64,000 bases of DNA from Eledone cirrhosa. Lineage: Eukaryota. A program made the position numbers and the translations under genes. Below are positions 25,726 to 37,053 of the stretch, in pieces. The notes beneath the pieces were generated by a model that was not told the DNA's origin, did not search any database, and saw nothing but the letters and a program-made list of their open reading frames with translations. The first letter of the stretch is position 1. Each line of letters opens with the position of its first letter. The stretch lies in NCBI GenBank assembly GCA_964016885.1, contig OZ024743.1, positions 197,222,001 to 197,286,000 on the forward strand, given 5' to 3'.

Positions 25726-28538
25726 CACCTATAGATCCGGGGAACACACAAGCCAGGTAGATTATATCCTTACCAGAAGACGTGACAGAGTGTCTGTTGT
25801 AAACACTAAATCCCTCCCCCATGAAGAATGCACCTCCCAACATAGACTGATAATTAGCGACCTCATAGTCAGGACGAGACGTACTCGACAGCAGAAGAGG
25901 ACTATCCTCAGGAGAAAAATATGGAAGCTAAAGGACCCCACAGCCAAAAATAAATTTCAAAACATATTACTTGATGCTTTCGACAGTAAGGAAGAACATT
26001 TAGAGTCGGACAATATAGAGGGACAGTGGGAATTTCTGAAAGCAAACCTGCTGTTGGCGACAGACGAAGTCTGTGGCTGGAGCAGGCCTGTAGGCAGGAG
26101 GAGAGTAACATGGTGGTGGAACAGTAAGGTGGAGGGGTCAATTAAGGCCAAAAAGCAGGCTTGGAAAATATGGCGGGATGGGGGAAGTAGAGTAGACTAT
26201 CAAGTGGCCAGGAGGGAAGCTAGGAGAGAAGTGTACTTAGCAAGAAGGGAAGCTGAGGAAAGAAAGTTCAAGCATGTCCTACAACGCGATGACCAAAAAC
26301 GTGAGGTGTTCAGGATTGCTAGGCAATGCATCAAGGAAAACCGTGATATTGTCGGGGAGAAGTGTGTACTTAACGATGATGGCATACTTGCCATCACCGA
26401 CACTGATAAGAAGGTAGCTTGGAAGTGTCACTATGTAAGGCTACTAAATGAGGAGAATAAATGGGAGAAAGACAGTCTCCCCCATGTCGACCCAATAGAG
26501 GGACCAGCAGTGTTAGTCGAGGGGAGTATAATAAGTAAGGCAATCAAGGATATGAAGACAGGTAAGGCGGCTGGGCCTTCGGAAATAGTTGCTGAGATGC
26601 TGAAGGCATCTGGCACGGTGGGACACACCATGGTCACCCGCATAGTTAACCAAGTCGTACAGAATGGGGTTGTTCCGAAGGACTGGCATAGCAGCATCAT
26701 CGTTAACTGTTATAAGGGTAAAGGAGACGCCCTAGATAGGAGTAACTATAGAGGCATTAAATTAATCGACCAGGTCATGAAGGTCACGGAAAAAGTAATA
26801 GCGCAACTAATCAGAGAGAGAATTGACCTAGATGAAATGCAGTTCGGGTTTGTGTCAGGCAAAAGTACCACAGACGCTCTTTTCATAGTACGACAACTAC
26901 AGGAGAAGTTCCTAGCTAAAGGTAAACCCCTCTACTTAGCTTTTGTCGACTTGGAGAAAGCCTTCGACAGAGTCCCCCGCTCCATTATCTGGTGGGCTCT
27001 TAGAAAACTAGGCGTTGACGAATGGCTTGTGAGGGCTATACAAGCCATGTATAAAGAAACAGTCAGCAAGGTTAGAATTAACAACGAATATAGTGAAGAG
27101 TTTAGCGTAAAAGTTGGCGTCCATCAGGGCTCTGTTCTCAGCCCCCTACTATTTATTATTGCCCTTCAGGCTATAACAGAGGAGTTCAAGACAGGCTGCC
27201 CATGGGAACTCCTATACGCAGACGACCTGACACTCATAGCGGAATCAATGGTCGAGCTAGAGAAGAAATTCCAAACATGGAAGCACGGCCTAGAGTCAAA
27301 AGGACTTAAAATTAACCTGGCTAAGACCAAAGTTCTAGTTTGTAGGAAAGAAAACAAGGCGGCGGTCCCTTCTGGGAAATGGTCGTGCTCGGTGTGTAGG
27401 AAAGGCGTAGGTAGAAACTCCATTTTATGTCCTAAATGCAAAGTATGGGTGCATAAAAGATGTAGTGGGATCACAGGTAAGCTAACTAAGAACATAGATT
27501 TTACATGTGGCCGGTGTTCTGGTGCAATAAGTAGCAGCAAGTGCCCACAAAATACTAGCTCTTTCAATTGCGCAGAGGGTTCTATAGAAAAAGTGGACAG
27601 CTTCCGTTACCTGGGCGATAAAATCAGCAGTGGGGGAGGGTGCTCTGAAAGTACTGTAGCTAGAGTCAGAACTGGTTGGAAAAAGTTCAGAGAGCTTATA
27701 CCACTATTAGCTGCTAAAGGGTTCTCCCTAAAAATGAAAGGCAGGTTGTACGATGCCTGCATACGAACAGCAATGTTGCATGGCAGCGAGACCTGGGCAT
27801 TGTGTGCAGAGGATATACGCAGACTAGAGAGGAACGAAGCTTGCATGCTCCGCTGGATGTGTAACAGTAATATACGTGAACGGCAAAGCATAAACGAACT
27901 AAGGAAAAAATTAGAGATAAGAGGGATCAGATGTTGTTTACTCGAGAGAAGGCTACGTTGGTATGGACACGTGATGCGCATGAAAGTCGACAGCTGTATA
28001 ACAAAGTGCAGGGCAATAAAGATAGACGGTAGCCACGGAATAGGCAGACCTAGAAAAACCTGGGACGAGCTGATAAACTCCGACCTCACACACTTACACC
28101 TCTCCAAGACAATGTCACTGGACCGAGACCTTTGGCAGTACTCAGTAACAGAGAAGACCCTTGCCAGTAGGCATCTCTAACAAAATACACCCCGTCCCGC
28201 CACCACCCCCACCCATCCACACCACCCCGTCCTATGTAAAGTTATGTTGGTGCCGCGCCATCCAGGCCGAAACAAATGAGATCGTGTAGGTGTCACGACA
28301 AAAAAACACACAGTCCACGCTGTAATGTGGCCGTGTAGGCAACACGGTAAAAACCTCCCAGACCCACACTGTAAATGTGGTTGGTGTTAGGAAGGGCATC
28401 CAACTGTAGAAAACCTGCCAGACAGTCCTATGCGAGCAAGACAATCACTCTTGCCTCAAGTGGGACTACCCCCGTCCAAACCCATGCAAGCGTGGAACAC
28501 GGACGTTAAACGTTGATGATGATGATGATGATGATGAT
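25724..28538 (+). mobile_element. RTE LINE copy 2, 5'-truncated, (GAT)n tail, in (TA)n
   Basis: Near-identical to the 33263-36891 copy. Confidence 0.95.
25790..28180 (+). CDS. Truncated RTE ORF: RT with embedded PHD finger
   Basis: [30 protein letters not shown]; most of the APE domain missing. Confidence 0.85.
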   Translation: MSVVNTKSLPHEECTSQHRLIISDLIVRTRRTRQQKRTILRRKIWKLKDPTAKNKFQNILLDAFDSKEEHLESDNIEGQWEFLKANLLLATDEVCGWSRPVGRRRVTWWWNSKVEGSIKAKKQAWKIWRDGGSRVDYQVARREARREVYLARREAEERKFKHVLQRDDQKREVFRIARQCIKENRDIVGEKCVLNDDGILAITDTDKKVAWKCHYVRLLNEENKWEKDSLPHVDPIEGPAVLVEGSIISKAIKDMKTGKAAGPSEIVAEMLKASGTVGHTMVTRIVNQVVQNGVVPKDWHSSIIVNCYKGKGDALDRSNYRGIKLIDQVMKVTEKVIAQLIRERIDLDEMQFGFVSGKSTTDALFIVRQLQEKFLAKGKPLYLAFVDLEKAFDRVPRSIIWWALRKLGVDEWLVRAIQAMYKETVSKVRINNEYSEEFSVKVGVHQGSVLSPLLFIIALQAITEEFKTGCPWELLYADDLTLIAESMVELEKKFQTWKHGLESKGLKINLAKTKVLVCRKENKAAVPSGKWSCSVCRKGVGRNSILCPKCKVWVHKRCSGITGKLTKNIDFTCGRCSGAISSSKCPQNTSSFNCAEGSIEKVDSFRYLGDKISSGGGCSESTVARVRTGWKKFRELIPLLAAKGFSLKMKGRLYDACIRTAMLHGSETWALCAEDIRRLERNEACMLRWMCNSNIRERQSINELRKKLEIRGIRCCLLERRLRWYGHVMRMKVDSCITKCRAIKIDGSHGIGRPRKTWDELINSDLTHLHLSKTMSLDRDLWQYSVTEKTLASRHL

Positions 28539-29232
28539 ATATATATATAACATACCTTGGAATATATATATGTGTGTGAGTGTGTGTAGGGCTACGTAAC
28601 AGATAAGATGGACTTGTGTTAATCGTTATCTTATACAGAAATGTAGCTTTCAAAACTGATACATAATAAAATGATATTTACTAAAATCTGTTTTTCTTTC
28701 TTTTAGCCCAAAGCAACAACACATTATAAAAATATGAAGATATTACATCTATAATAAATTCTAGTGCTATCTCCATCTTCCATTTTCCCTACTTTATAGC
28801 TTTGTGATAAGGCTTCATACTCTAAACTACACAATTCCAGTTCACTTGTTAGGATTTTTACACATATCCCACACCTCATCACTAATCTGTTTTGTTTTAT
28901 TAACCTGAAATGGAATTTAGATAAACAAATAGCCAGTAGTTTTTAAGTCAGCAAATTTTGTCTCAAATTTCTGTTACACACACACACACAGACGTGTGTG
29001 TATTTATATATACATACACAGGTGTGTGTATATATTGATTTGGTATTGTATGGTTGGGTTTTGCCTGCCGCAATTTTCAATTTATCATGCTATCTAAACG
29101 CAATGTTATTACTCTAACGACCTACCCTTATTGAGTGCTTTGCTACTCATTCCTAATTGTAGGTCGACTTTGCTTCACCACAGCCAAAGCTTTGATTTTA
29201 CTAAGCTTCCACTTGTATATATATATATATAT

Positions 29233-29682
29233 AGAAGTAGTAACAGAGCAGTTAGTTCACCATACCGAGAACAATTGTTTCACTTTATGCGGATCTTCAG
29301 CTCGGACTGGTCATGGTTATACGGAACAGGAAGAACAACTGTATGAACGGGCATGTGCAGAAACTGTCACTTCACCCAAGTGATACAAAACCACGGGCGA
29401 AAGATGTAAGGGAGATAACTGTGAAAGTCTGGAAAAGATGTTCGAGATGATTAGAAAAGTAGAATGTTGTTGTTATTCAATCCAGAGCTTTGTTGTTATG
29501 CAAGAGGTGTTTCCAGACATGTGGACAATGTGAGAAGATTTCATTTCTTGGATTTAGGCAATCGCTATTGCGTAATCTCCTTAGAATATTTATCCTTTCT
29601 TCAATACACAGTCTACAAGACTACAATATGCAGTCCACAAGGATTGCAAGGGGCAATCCGGATATTACCTTCCAGTGTTCTA

Positions 29683-29685
<3 letters not shown>
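29233..29685 (-). mobile_element. Penelope-like 3' fragment (endonuclease C-terminus plus hammerhead)
   Basis: Minus-strand CRLCIEERINIL...CLNPRNEIFSHCPH; between (TA)n tracts. Confidence 0.75.
29265..29305 (-). ncRNA. Minimal type-I hammerhead ribozyme
   Basis: ccgag-CTGAAGA-tccgcataaagt-GAAA-caattG-TT-ctcgg: perfect 5-bp stem I, weak stem II. Confidence 0.72.
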
Positions 29686-29725
<40 letters not shown>

Positions 29726-30298
29726 CTAGCAGTGATACCCGGCGTTGCACGGGATAAGGTTTTTGGAACGCGGGCCGCCAACAGACCTAATCGTGGAAAA
29801 ACTGCATGCCTGGACAATATGTAAAGAAAATAAACCGAATACTCTGATGGCTGGATAATCTTTAAGATTTTCCTCGATGAAACAGGAAAAATGTAGGTTT
29901 TCACCCAATGCTGGCCCTAGGGGATCAAGAAAATGAATGTTTTTTATGTGCATAATATGCCTTGAAATTTCGGCAAATAATGCCTCAAAAAAAGCCCTAA
30001 AAAGCTGAAAAAAATGAAATCTTTCACCTAATGCGAGCCCTAGACCATAAAAAAGTTGGATTTTCTTTGCTCACGGTATGAAGAAGAGACTGACTAATAC
30101 ATAGTTACAATTTCAAGGAAATCGGTCTGACATAACACCTCAAAAAACCCTTAAAAAAACGCAGTTTTTCACCTAATGCGGGCCCTAGGGGATCAAAAAG
30201 TTGAATTTTTATGTGCATAACACTCCCTGAAATATACATGTAAAGTTTGAAAAAAGTCGGTTGGGGTACTTCTCGAGTTTTAGGGATTCAAACTCACA

Positions 30299-30334
<36 letters not shown>

Positions 30335-30712
30335 TCCTCAGGGAAGTGATGTAGTGCAGACAGCCAGACATACAGACATATTATAAGGGCGCATTCTGGG
30401 CGTAGAGGGAATTGTAGGAAGTGAGGTAATGCAGACATCCAGACATACAGACAGATATTTTAAGGCCTCGACGTTATATGTATGTATCTATCTAAAAAGA
30501 GAAAGACTAAGAATTATAGAGAGATATCGCCAAATCGCCTACTGCTGTCCCTAGGGCATTGAAAATTTGAAATTGTTTTTGCTCAGAACACTCCCTGAAA
30601 CATAAGTATTACATGTGTACAGTTTGAAAACAGTAGGTTGGGTGCTTCTCGAGTTTTAGAGATTCAAACTCACACACACACAGACAGACATCCTCAGTTT
30701 TATATATATAGA
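29726..30712 (-). mobile_element. Non-autonomous Helitron with internal duplications
   Basis: 5' A|TCTATATATATAAAACTGAGGATGTCTGTCTG; 3' hairpin cccgtgcaacgccggg then CTAG|T. Confidence 0.85.
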
Positions 30713-31174
30713 TATCAAGAGAAGTAGATATTTAACAACTAAATAAAAAATAACAACTAAATAAAAAATAATGGTTTCTAATTTTGGCATAAAGCCACCA
30801 ATATTGTTGTTGATCCTTGGTGGGATTTGAACTCAGAAAATAACAGGGCATGATCAAATACCACAAGGTATTTTGTTCAATGCTCTAATAATTCTGCACG
30901 TCCTAAACTTTATGATATGGTGTTGAAGAAGTTAGAAAATGTTTAAATATCAAAGTCTTTTCCAAGCCATCAGTTCAGCATTGTTCTGTCCTCACAAGTA
31001 AATAAATACAAGAGATGTAAACAACTATAGAATAATATTAAGATAAATCAACACTATGCTTAAATCAATGTAGTCTCTAATGAGAAAATGGGGAAAATGT
31101 GAAGAAGAGATCTGGCCGTATGGGAAAGTAGAGGAAAGGACTATAAAAGCCATGAATGAGAGGAAAGGGAGGAA

Positions 31175-31327
31175 AAAGCAAGGACTCTAGGGCCACAAGA
31201 AAAGGAGGGGCAAAGCAAGGACTCTAGGGCCACAGAGGCAAAGGAGGGGCAAAGCAAGGACTCTAGAGCCACGGAGGCAAAGGAAGGAAAAAGCAACGAC
31301 TCTAAGGCCACAGAGGCAAAGGAGGGA
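31175..31327. repeat. 39-bp minisatellite, ~4 units
   Basis: aaagcaaggactctagggccacagaggcaaaggagggg. Confidence 0.85.
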
Positions 31328-33262
31328 GTAAGGGGGTAAGATATGCTAATGGACATAGACAAGCAGATCAACTAGCTATTGTTGCCAAAGAACACCAGGA
31401 AATATCAGTATATTAGACATAACAGATGATAGAGTATTCTAAAAGAAATGGTGGTGGTGTAAGTTGTGGTTACAATGCTGGTGATGATGATGAATTATGG
31501 AGGTGGTGGGATTGCTGCTGGAAATGGTACTGGCGGTGTTTATGATGGCAGTGGTAGTGGTGGTGTTGATGGTGGTGGTGACAATGGTGGTGATGCTGGT
31601 GATGATGATGATGATCATCATCATCATGCTGGTGATGATAGGATAGTGGCAGTGGGTAATGATGATGATAATAATGATAGTGGTGATGGTGAGGTTGATG
31701 ATGGTGCTAATGATGTTGACAAAACTACATTATACTTTTACCTATAATTTTCCCACTAAATGTAAATTTATACATTTGCTTCCAGATATGCTTATTATTC
31801 CACTTATTACTTCTTGCATGATTATGAAGCAAATATCTTAACCACTGGGCCATCACAACTACTGCTGCCACCATCCCCACCACCAACAAGAACAACAACA
31901 TCAATGCCAACACACCACCAAAGAAAACCCCCTTCGGTCACGAATGATCATGTGATTTGCACCTAGAAAGTTACCCCGAGGTACAAGTCCAGACAAGGTT
32001 GTTTGAGGAAGACCAGGAGTTGCCCATACATACCAGTCTCCCCTCTCCACGCCACCGATGTTGTCCAAGGGAAAGGCTATGGCTGATACAATTTGGCACC
32101 AGTGACGTCGCAACTCATTTCGACAGCTGAGTAAACTGAAGCAACGTGAAATAAAGTGTCTTGCTCAAGGACACAATGGATCACCCGGTCCAAGAATCGA
32201 ACTCACAACCTTTCCATTGCAAGCCCAAAGCTTTAACCACTAAGCCATGCACCTTCATAACCACCAGCAACAATATCAACAACAGCATCACCACTAACAC
32301 CAACAAAACCATCACCACCACCACCACCACCACCACTAACAACATCATCATCACTAAGACCACCAACATCAACATCCAACATCATCATCATCACTAACAC
32401 CACCAACATCAACACCAACATCCAACATCATTATCCTCACTAATGCAACAACTAACAAAACCAACACCAACAACACAACTACTAGCAACAACACCACCAA
32501 CATCAACACCAACACCACCAACAACACCAACATCACAACCACCAACCAACACTACCAACATCAACACCACCACCACCAACATCTACACCAAAACTAGCAG
32601 CAACAACACCAACATCACAACCACCAATACTACCAACAGCATCAACACAACCACTAATACCAATATCACCAGCACCACCACCAACATGTCAACTACTAAC
32701 AACACCAACACAATAATAGTATTATGAAAATATATAGATAAATAAATAAATAATTGTTTCTACTTTAGGCACAGGGCCAGCAATTACCCAGTGCATTACT
32801 GGTACTTTATTTTATCGACCCCGTAAGGATGAAAGGCAAAGTCAACCTCGGTGGGATTTGAACTCAGATAAATAAATAAATAATCAAAAGAAATAGCTTC
32901 TACATTTTTGTTGTTTTATATTGTTGTTGGTGCTTTTTTTTTTGGTCCCTAATTCTTCTGTCTCCTCCTGCAGCTCGTCTCCAGCAAATTGAAATAAATT
33001 TGTTTCATGTAGAATGAGATGTGATCAGCTAATAATATGATGTGAACGGGGTAGAGAGAGTAAGGAGGTGAGGGGGACTGTGGAATTAAATCAGTTACAC
33101 CAGAAATTACCAATGTCAACAACAACAACAACAATTGTAAGTGAAAGGAAAATTATCAAAACCAACAGAACAAGACAAAAAAATACTCCCTCATATGAAA
33201 TAAAGTAATGAATATAGTCTCTCTCTCTCTCTCTCTCTCTCCCTATATATATATATATATAT

Positions 33263-36200
33263 ATCATCATCATCATCATCATCAGCGTTTAACGTCCGTG
33301 TTCCACGCTTGCATGGGTTTGGACGGGGGTAGTCCCACTTGAGGCAAGAGTGATTGTCTTGCTCGCATAGGACTGTCTGGCAGGTTTTCTACAGTTGGAT
33401 GCCCTTCCTAACACCAACCACATTTACAGTGTGGGTCTGGGAGGTTTTTACCGTGTTGCCTACACGGCCACATTACAGCGTGGACTGTGTGTTTTTTTGT
33501 CGTGACACCTACACGATCTCATTTGTTTCGGCCTCGATGGCGCGGCACCAACATAACTTTACATAGAACGGGGTGGTGTGGATCGGGTGGGGGTGGTGGG
33601 ACGGGGTGTATTTGTTAGAGATGCCTACTGGCTGGAGTAGGTTTTACTATATATTTAGGTAAGGCGGGTCTTCTCTGTTACTGAGTACCGCCAAAGGTCT
33701 CGGTCCAGTGACATTGTCTTGGAGAGGTGTAAGTGTGTGATGTCGGAGTTTATCAGCTCGTCCCAGGTTTTTCTAGGTCTGCCTATTCCGTGACTACCGT
33801 CTATCTTTATTGCCCTGCACTTTGTTATACAGCTATCGACTTTCATGCGCATCACGTGTCCATACCAACGTAGCCTTCTCTCGAGTAAACAACATCTGAT
33901 CCCTCTTATCTCTAATTTATTCCTTAGTTCGTTTATGCTTTGCCGTTCACGTATATTACTGTTACACATCCAGCGGAGCATGCAAGCTTCGTTCCTCTCT
34001 AGTCTGCGTATATCCTCTGCACACAATGCCCAGGTCTCACTGCCATGCAGCATTGCTGTTCGTATGCAGGCATCGTACAACCTGCCTTTCATTTTTAGTG
34101 AGAACCCTTTAGCAGCTAATAGTGGTATAAGCTCTCTGAACTTTTTCCAACCAGTTCTGACTCTAGCTACAGTACTTTCAGAGCACCCTCCCCCACTGCT
34201 GATTTTATCGCCCAGGTAACGGAAGCTGTCCACTATTTCTATAGAACCCTCTGCGCAATTGAAAGAGCTAGTAGTTTGTGGGCACTTGCTGCTACTTATT
34301 GCACCAGAGCACCGGCCACATGTAAAATCTATGTTCTTAGTTAGCCTACCTGTGATCCCACTACATCTTTTATGCACCCATACTTTGCATTTAGGACATA
34401 AAATGGAGTTTCTACCTACGCCTTTCCTACACACCGAGCACGACCATTTCCCAGAAGGGACCGCCGCCTTGTTTTCTTTCCTACAAACTAGTACTTTGGT
34501 CTTAGCCAGGTTAATTTTAAGTCCTTTTGACTCTAGGCCGTGCTTCCATGTTTGGAATTTCTTCTCTAGCTCGGCCATTGATTCCGCTATGAGTGTCAGG
34601 TCGTCTGCGTATAGGAGTTCCCATGGGCAGCCTGTCTTGAACTCCTCTGTTATGGCCTGAAGGGCAATAATAAATAGTAGTGGACTGAGAACAGAGCCCT
34701 GATGGACGCCGACTTTTACGCTAAACTCTTCACTATATTCGTTGTTAATTCTAACCTTGCTGACTGTTTCTTTATACATGGCTTGTATAGCCCTCACAAG
34801 CCATTCGTCAACGCCTAGTTTTCTAAGAGCCCACCAGATAATGGAGCGGGGGACTCTGTCGAAGGCTTTCTCCAAGTCGACAAAAGCTAAGTAGAGGGGT
34901 TTACCTTTAGCTAGGTACTTCTCTTGTAGTTGTCGTACTATGAAAAGAGCGTCTGTGGTACTTTTGCCTGACACAAACCCGAACTGCATTTCATCTAGGT
35001 CAATTCTCTCTCTGATTAGCTGCGCTATTACTCTTTCCGTGACCTTCATGACCTGGTCGATTAATTTAATGCCTCTATAGTTACTCCTATCTAGGGCGTC
35101 TCCTTTACCCTTATAACAGTTAACGATGATGCTGCTATGCCAGTCCTTCGGAACAACCCCGTTTTGTACGACTTGGTTAACTATGCGGGTGACCATGGTG
35201 TGTCCCACCGTGCCAGATGCCTTCAGCATCTCAGCAACTATTTCCGAAGGCCCAGCCGCCTTACCAGTCTTCATATCCTTGATTGCCTTACTTATTATAC
35301 TCCCCTCGACTAACACTGCTGGTCCCTCTATTGGGTCGATATGGGGGAGACTGCCTTTCTCCCAATTATTCTCCTCATTTAGAAGCCTTTCATAGTGACA
35401 CTTCCAAGCTACCTTCTTATCAGCGTCGGTGATGGCAAGTGTGCCATCGTCGTTTAGTACACACTTCTCCCCGACAATATCACGGTTTTCCTTGACGCAT
35501 TGCCTAGCAATCCTGAACACCTCACGTTTTTGGTCATCGCGTTGTAGAACATGCTTGAACTTTCTTTCCTCAGCTTCCCTTCTTGCTAAGTACACTTGTC
35601 TCCTAGCTTCCCTCCTGGCCACTTGATAGTCCTCTCTACTTCCCCCATCCCGCCATACTTTCCAAGCCTGCTTTTTGGCCTTAATTGACCCCTCCACCTT
35701 ACTGTTCCACCACCATGTTACTCTCCTCCTGCCTACAGGCCTGCTCCAGCCACAGACCTCGTCTGTCGCCAACAGCAGGTTTGCTTTCAGAAATTCCCAC
35801 TCTCCCTCTATATTGTCCGACTCTAAATGTTCTTCCTTACTGTCGAAAGCATCAAGTAATATGCTTTGAAATTTATTCCTGGCTGTGGGGTCCTTTAACT
35901 TCCATATTTTCCTCCTGAGGATAGTCCTCTTCTGTTGTCGAGTACGTCTCGTCCTGACTATGAGGTCGCTAATTATCAGTCTATGTTGGGAGGTGCATTC
36001 TTCATGGGGGAGGGATTTAGTGTTAACAACAGACACTCTGTCACGTCTTCTGGTAAGGATATAATCTACCTGGCTTGTGTGTTCCCCGGATCTATAGGTG
36101 ATCAGGTGATTGTCACGTTTTTTGAAGTTAGTGTTACAGATAGTTAGGTTATTTGCATCACAGAATTCCAGGATTCTGGAGCCTTCCTCATTTCTAGTAC

Positions 36201-36891
36201 CAAACCCATAGCCTCCATGGATTTCGTCGTAGCCGTCACAATGTTGTCCAACGTGACCATTTAGGTCGCCTGCGATAATTATATAGTCACTGTCGGATAT
36301 TTGGGAGGTAGTTAGCATCAGTGTCTCATAGAATCTGTCTTTTATAGTGCCGGGCAGTCCGGATTGGGGTGCGTACGCAGATATTACTGTCACCGTAGTT
36401 CTATTGAGGACAAGTCGTATTTTAATTATTCTGTCGTTCACTCTATTTACGTCTATTATCTTATCTGCCCACTTTTCTGCTACCATGATTCCTACTCCAC
36501 CCAGCCCATCGTCGTTTCCCACCCAGAAAAGCTTATAACAACGTTTTTTACCCTCAATGAACCTAGCAGACCCACCCCTCCACCTGGTCTCTTGAATACA
36601 ACAAACATCGACCTCCTTACGTTCAAGCATTTCTACAACCTCGTTAGCGCGACCCTTTAGGGTGCCTACATTTATGGTACCAACTCTGAAGTTTTGGATT
36701 GCGTTTGGGGGTTGGGGGCGGTGAGGGGCGGGGGGCGATGGTGTTATGTTAGCCGTCCGCGGTCGAAACAATGAGGAGTGCTCGCATTCTCGTCCAAGGG
36801 GTGAATTTGTCTTTATCTTTGGCATTGTCGCTGAGCGTCCAGATTTTTCTCTCTCACCTCCACTCTCCAGGATTCCGCAGTCCATCCATCC
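33263..36891 (-). mobile_element. Apparently full-length RTE LINE (copy 1)
   Basis: Uninterrupted ORF, 3' UTR, (GAT)n tail; 5' boundary approximate. Confidence 0.93.
33655..36825 (-). CDS. RTE ORF: AP endonuclease plus reverse transcriptase with embedded PHD finger (~1056 aa from ATG 36825; alternative ATG 36885)
   Basis: GTINVGTL, CCIQETRW, SAYAPQ, GDLNGH, VDYIL, SQHRL; [31 protein letters not shown]. Confidence 0.95.
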   Translation of the reverse strand: MPKIKTNSPLGRECEHSSLFRPRTANITPSPPAPHRPQPPNAIQNFRVGTINVGTLKGRANEVVEMLERKEVDVCCIQETRWRGGSARFIEGKKRCYKLFWVGNDDGLGGVGIMVAEKWADKIIDVNRVNDRIIKIRLVLNRTTVTVISAYAPQSGLPGTIKDRFYETLMLTTSQISDSDYIIIAGDLNGHVGQHCDGYDEIHGGYGFGTRNEEGSRILEFCDANNLTICNTNFKKRDNHLITYRSGEHTSQVDYILTRRRDRVSVVNTKSLPHEECTSQHRLIISDLIVRTRRTRQQKRTILRRKIWKLKDPTARNKFQSILLDAFDSKEEHLESDNIEGEWEFLKANLLLATDEVCGWSRPVGRRRVTWWWNSKVEGSIKAKKQAWKVWRDGGSREDYQVARREARRQVYLARREAEERKFKHVLQRDDQKREVFRIARQCVKENRDIVGEKCVLNDDGTLAITDADKKVAWKCHYERLLNEENNWEKGSLPHIDPIEGPAVLVEGSIISKAIKDMKTGKAAGPSEIVAEMLKASGTVGHTMVTRIVNQVVQNGVVPKDWHSSIIVNCYKGKGDALDRSNYRGIKLIDQVMKVTERVIAQLIRERIDLDEMQFGFVSGKSTTDALFIVRQLQEKYLAKGKPLYLAFVDLEKAFDRVPRSIIWWALRKLGVDEWLVRAIQAMYKETVSKVRINNEYSEEFSVKVGVHQGSVLSPLLFIIALQAITEEFKTGCPWELLYADDLTLIAESMAELEKKFQTWKHGLESKGLKINLAKTKVLVCRKENKAAVPSGKWSCSVCRKGVGRNSILCPKCKVWVHKRCSGITGRLTKNIDFTCGRCSGAISSSKCPQTTSSFNCAEGSIEIVDSFRYLGDKISSGGGCSESTVARVRTGWKKFRELIPLLAAKGFSLKMKGRLYDACIRTAMLHGSETWALCAEDIRRLERNEACMLRWMCNSNIRERQSINELRNKLEIRGIRCCLLERRLRWYGHVMRMKVDSCITKCRAIKIDGSHGIGRPRKTWDELINSDITHLHLSKTMSLDRDLWRYSVTEKTRLT

Positions 36892-37053
36892 ATCATATAT
36901 CGTATATCGAAAGGCAACCAGGCAAGCGATAGTATAGGCCTCTGGTTTCTGATTGGTCCGCGTAATAATACTGGTGATACGTGGGGGCTGTTTTATGATT
37001 GGTCCACGTAATAGCAATGGTGGTGTGTGGGGGTGGGAGGGAGGGGTGTTGGG

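Noticed and set aside
25908-36937. Antisense ORFs overlapping the RTE copies
   Set aside because: Shadow frames of the coding strand.
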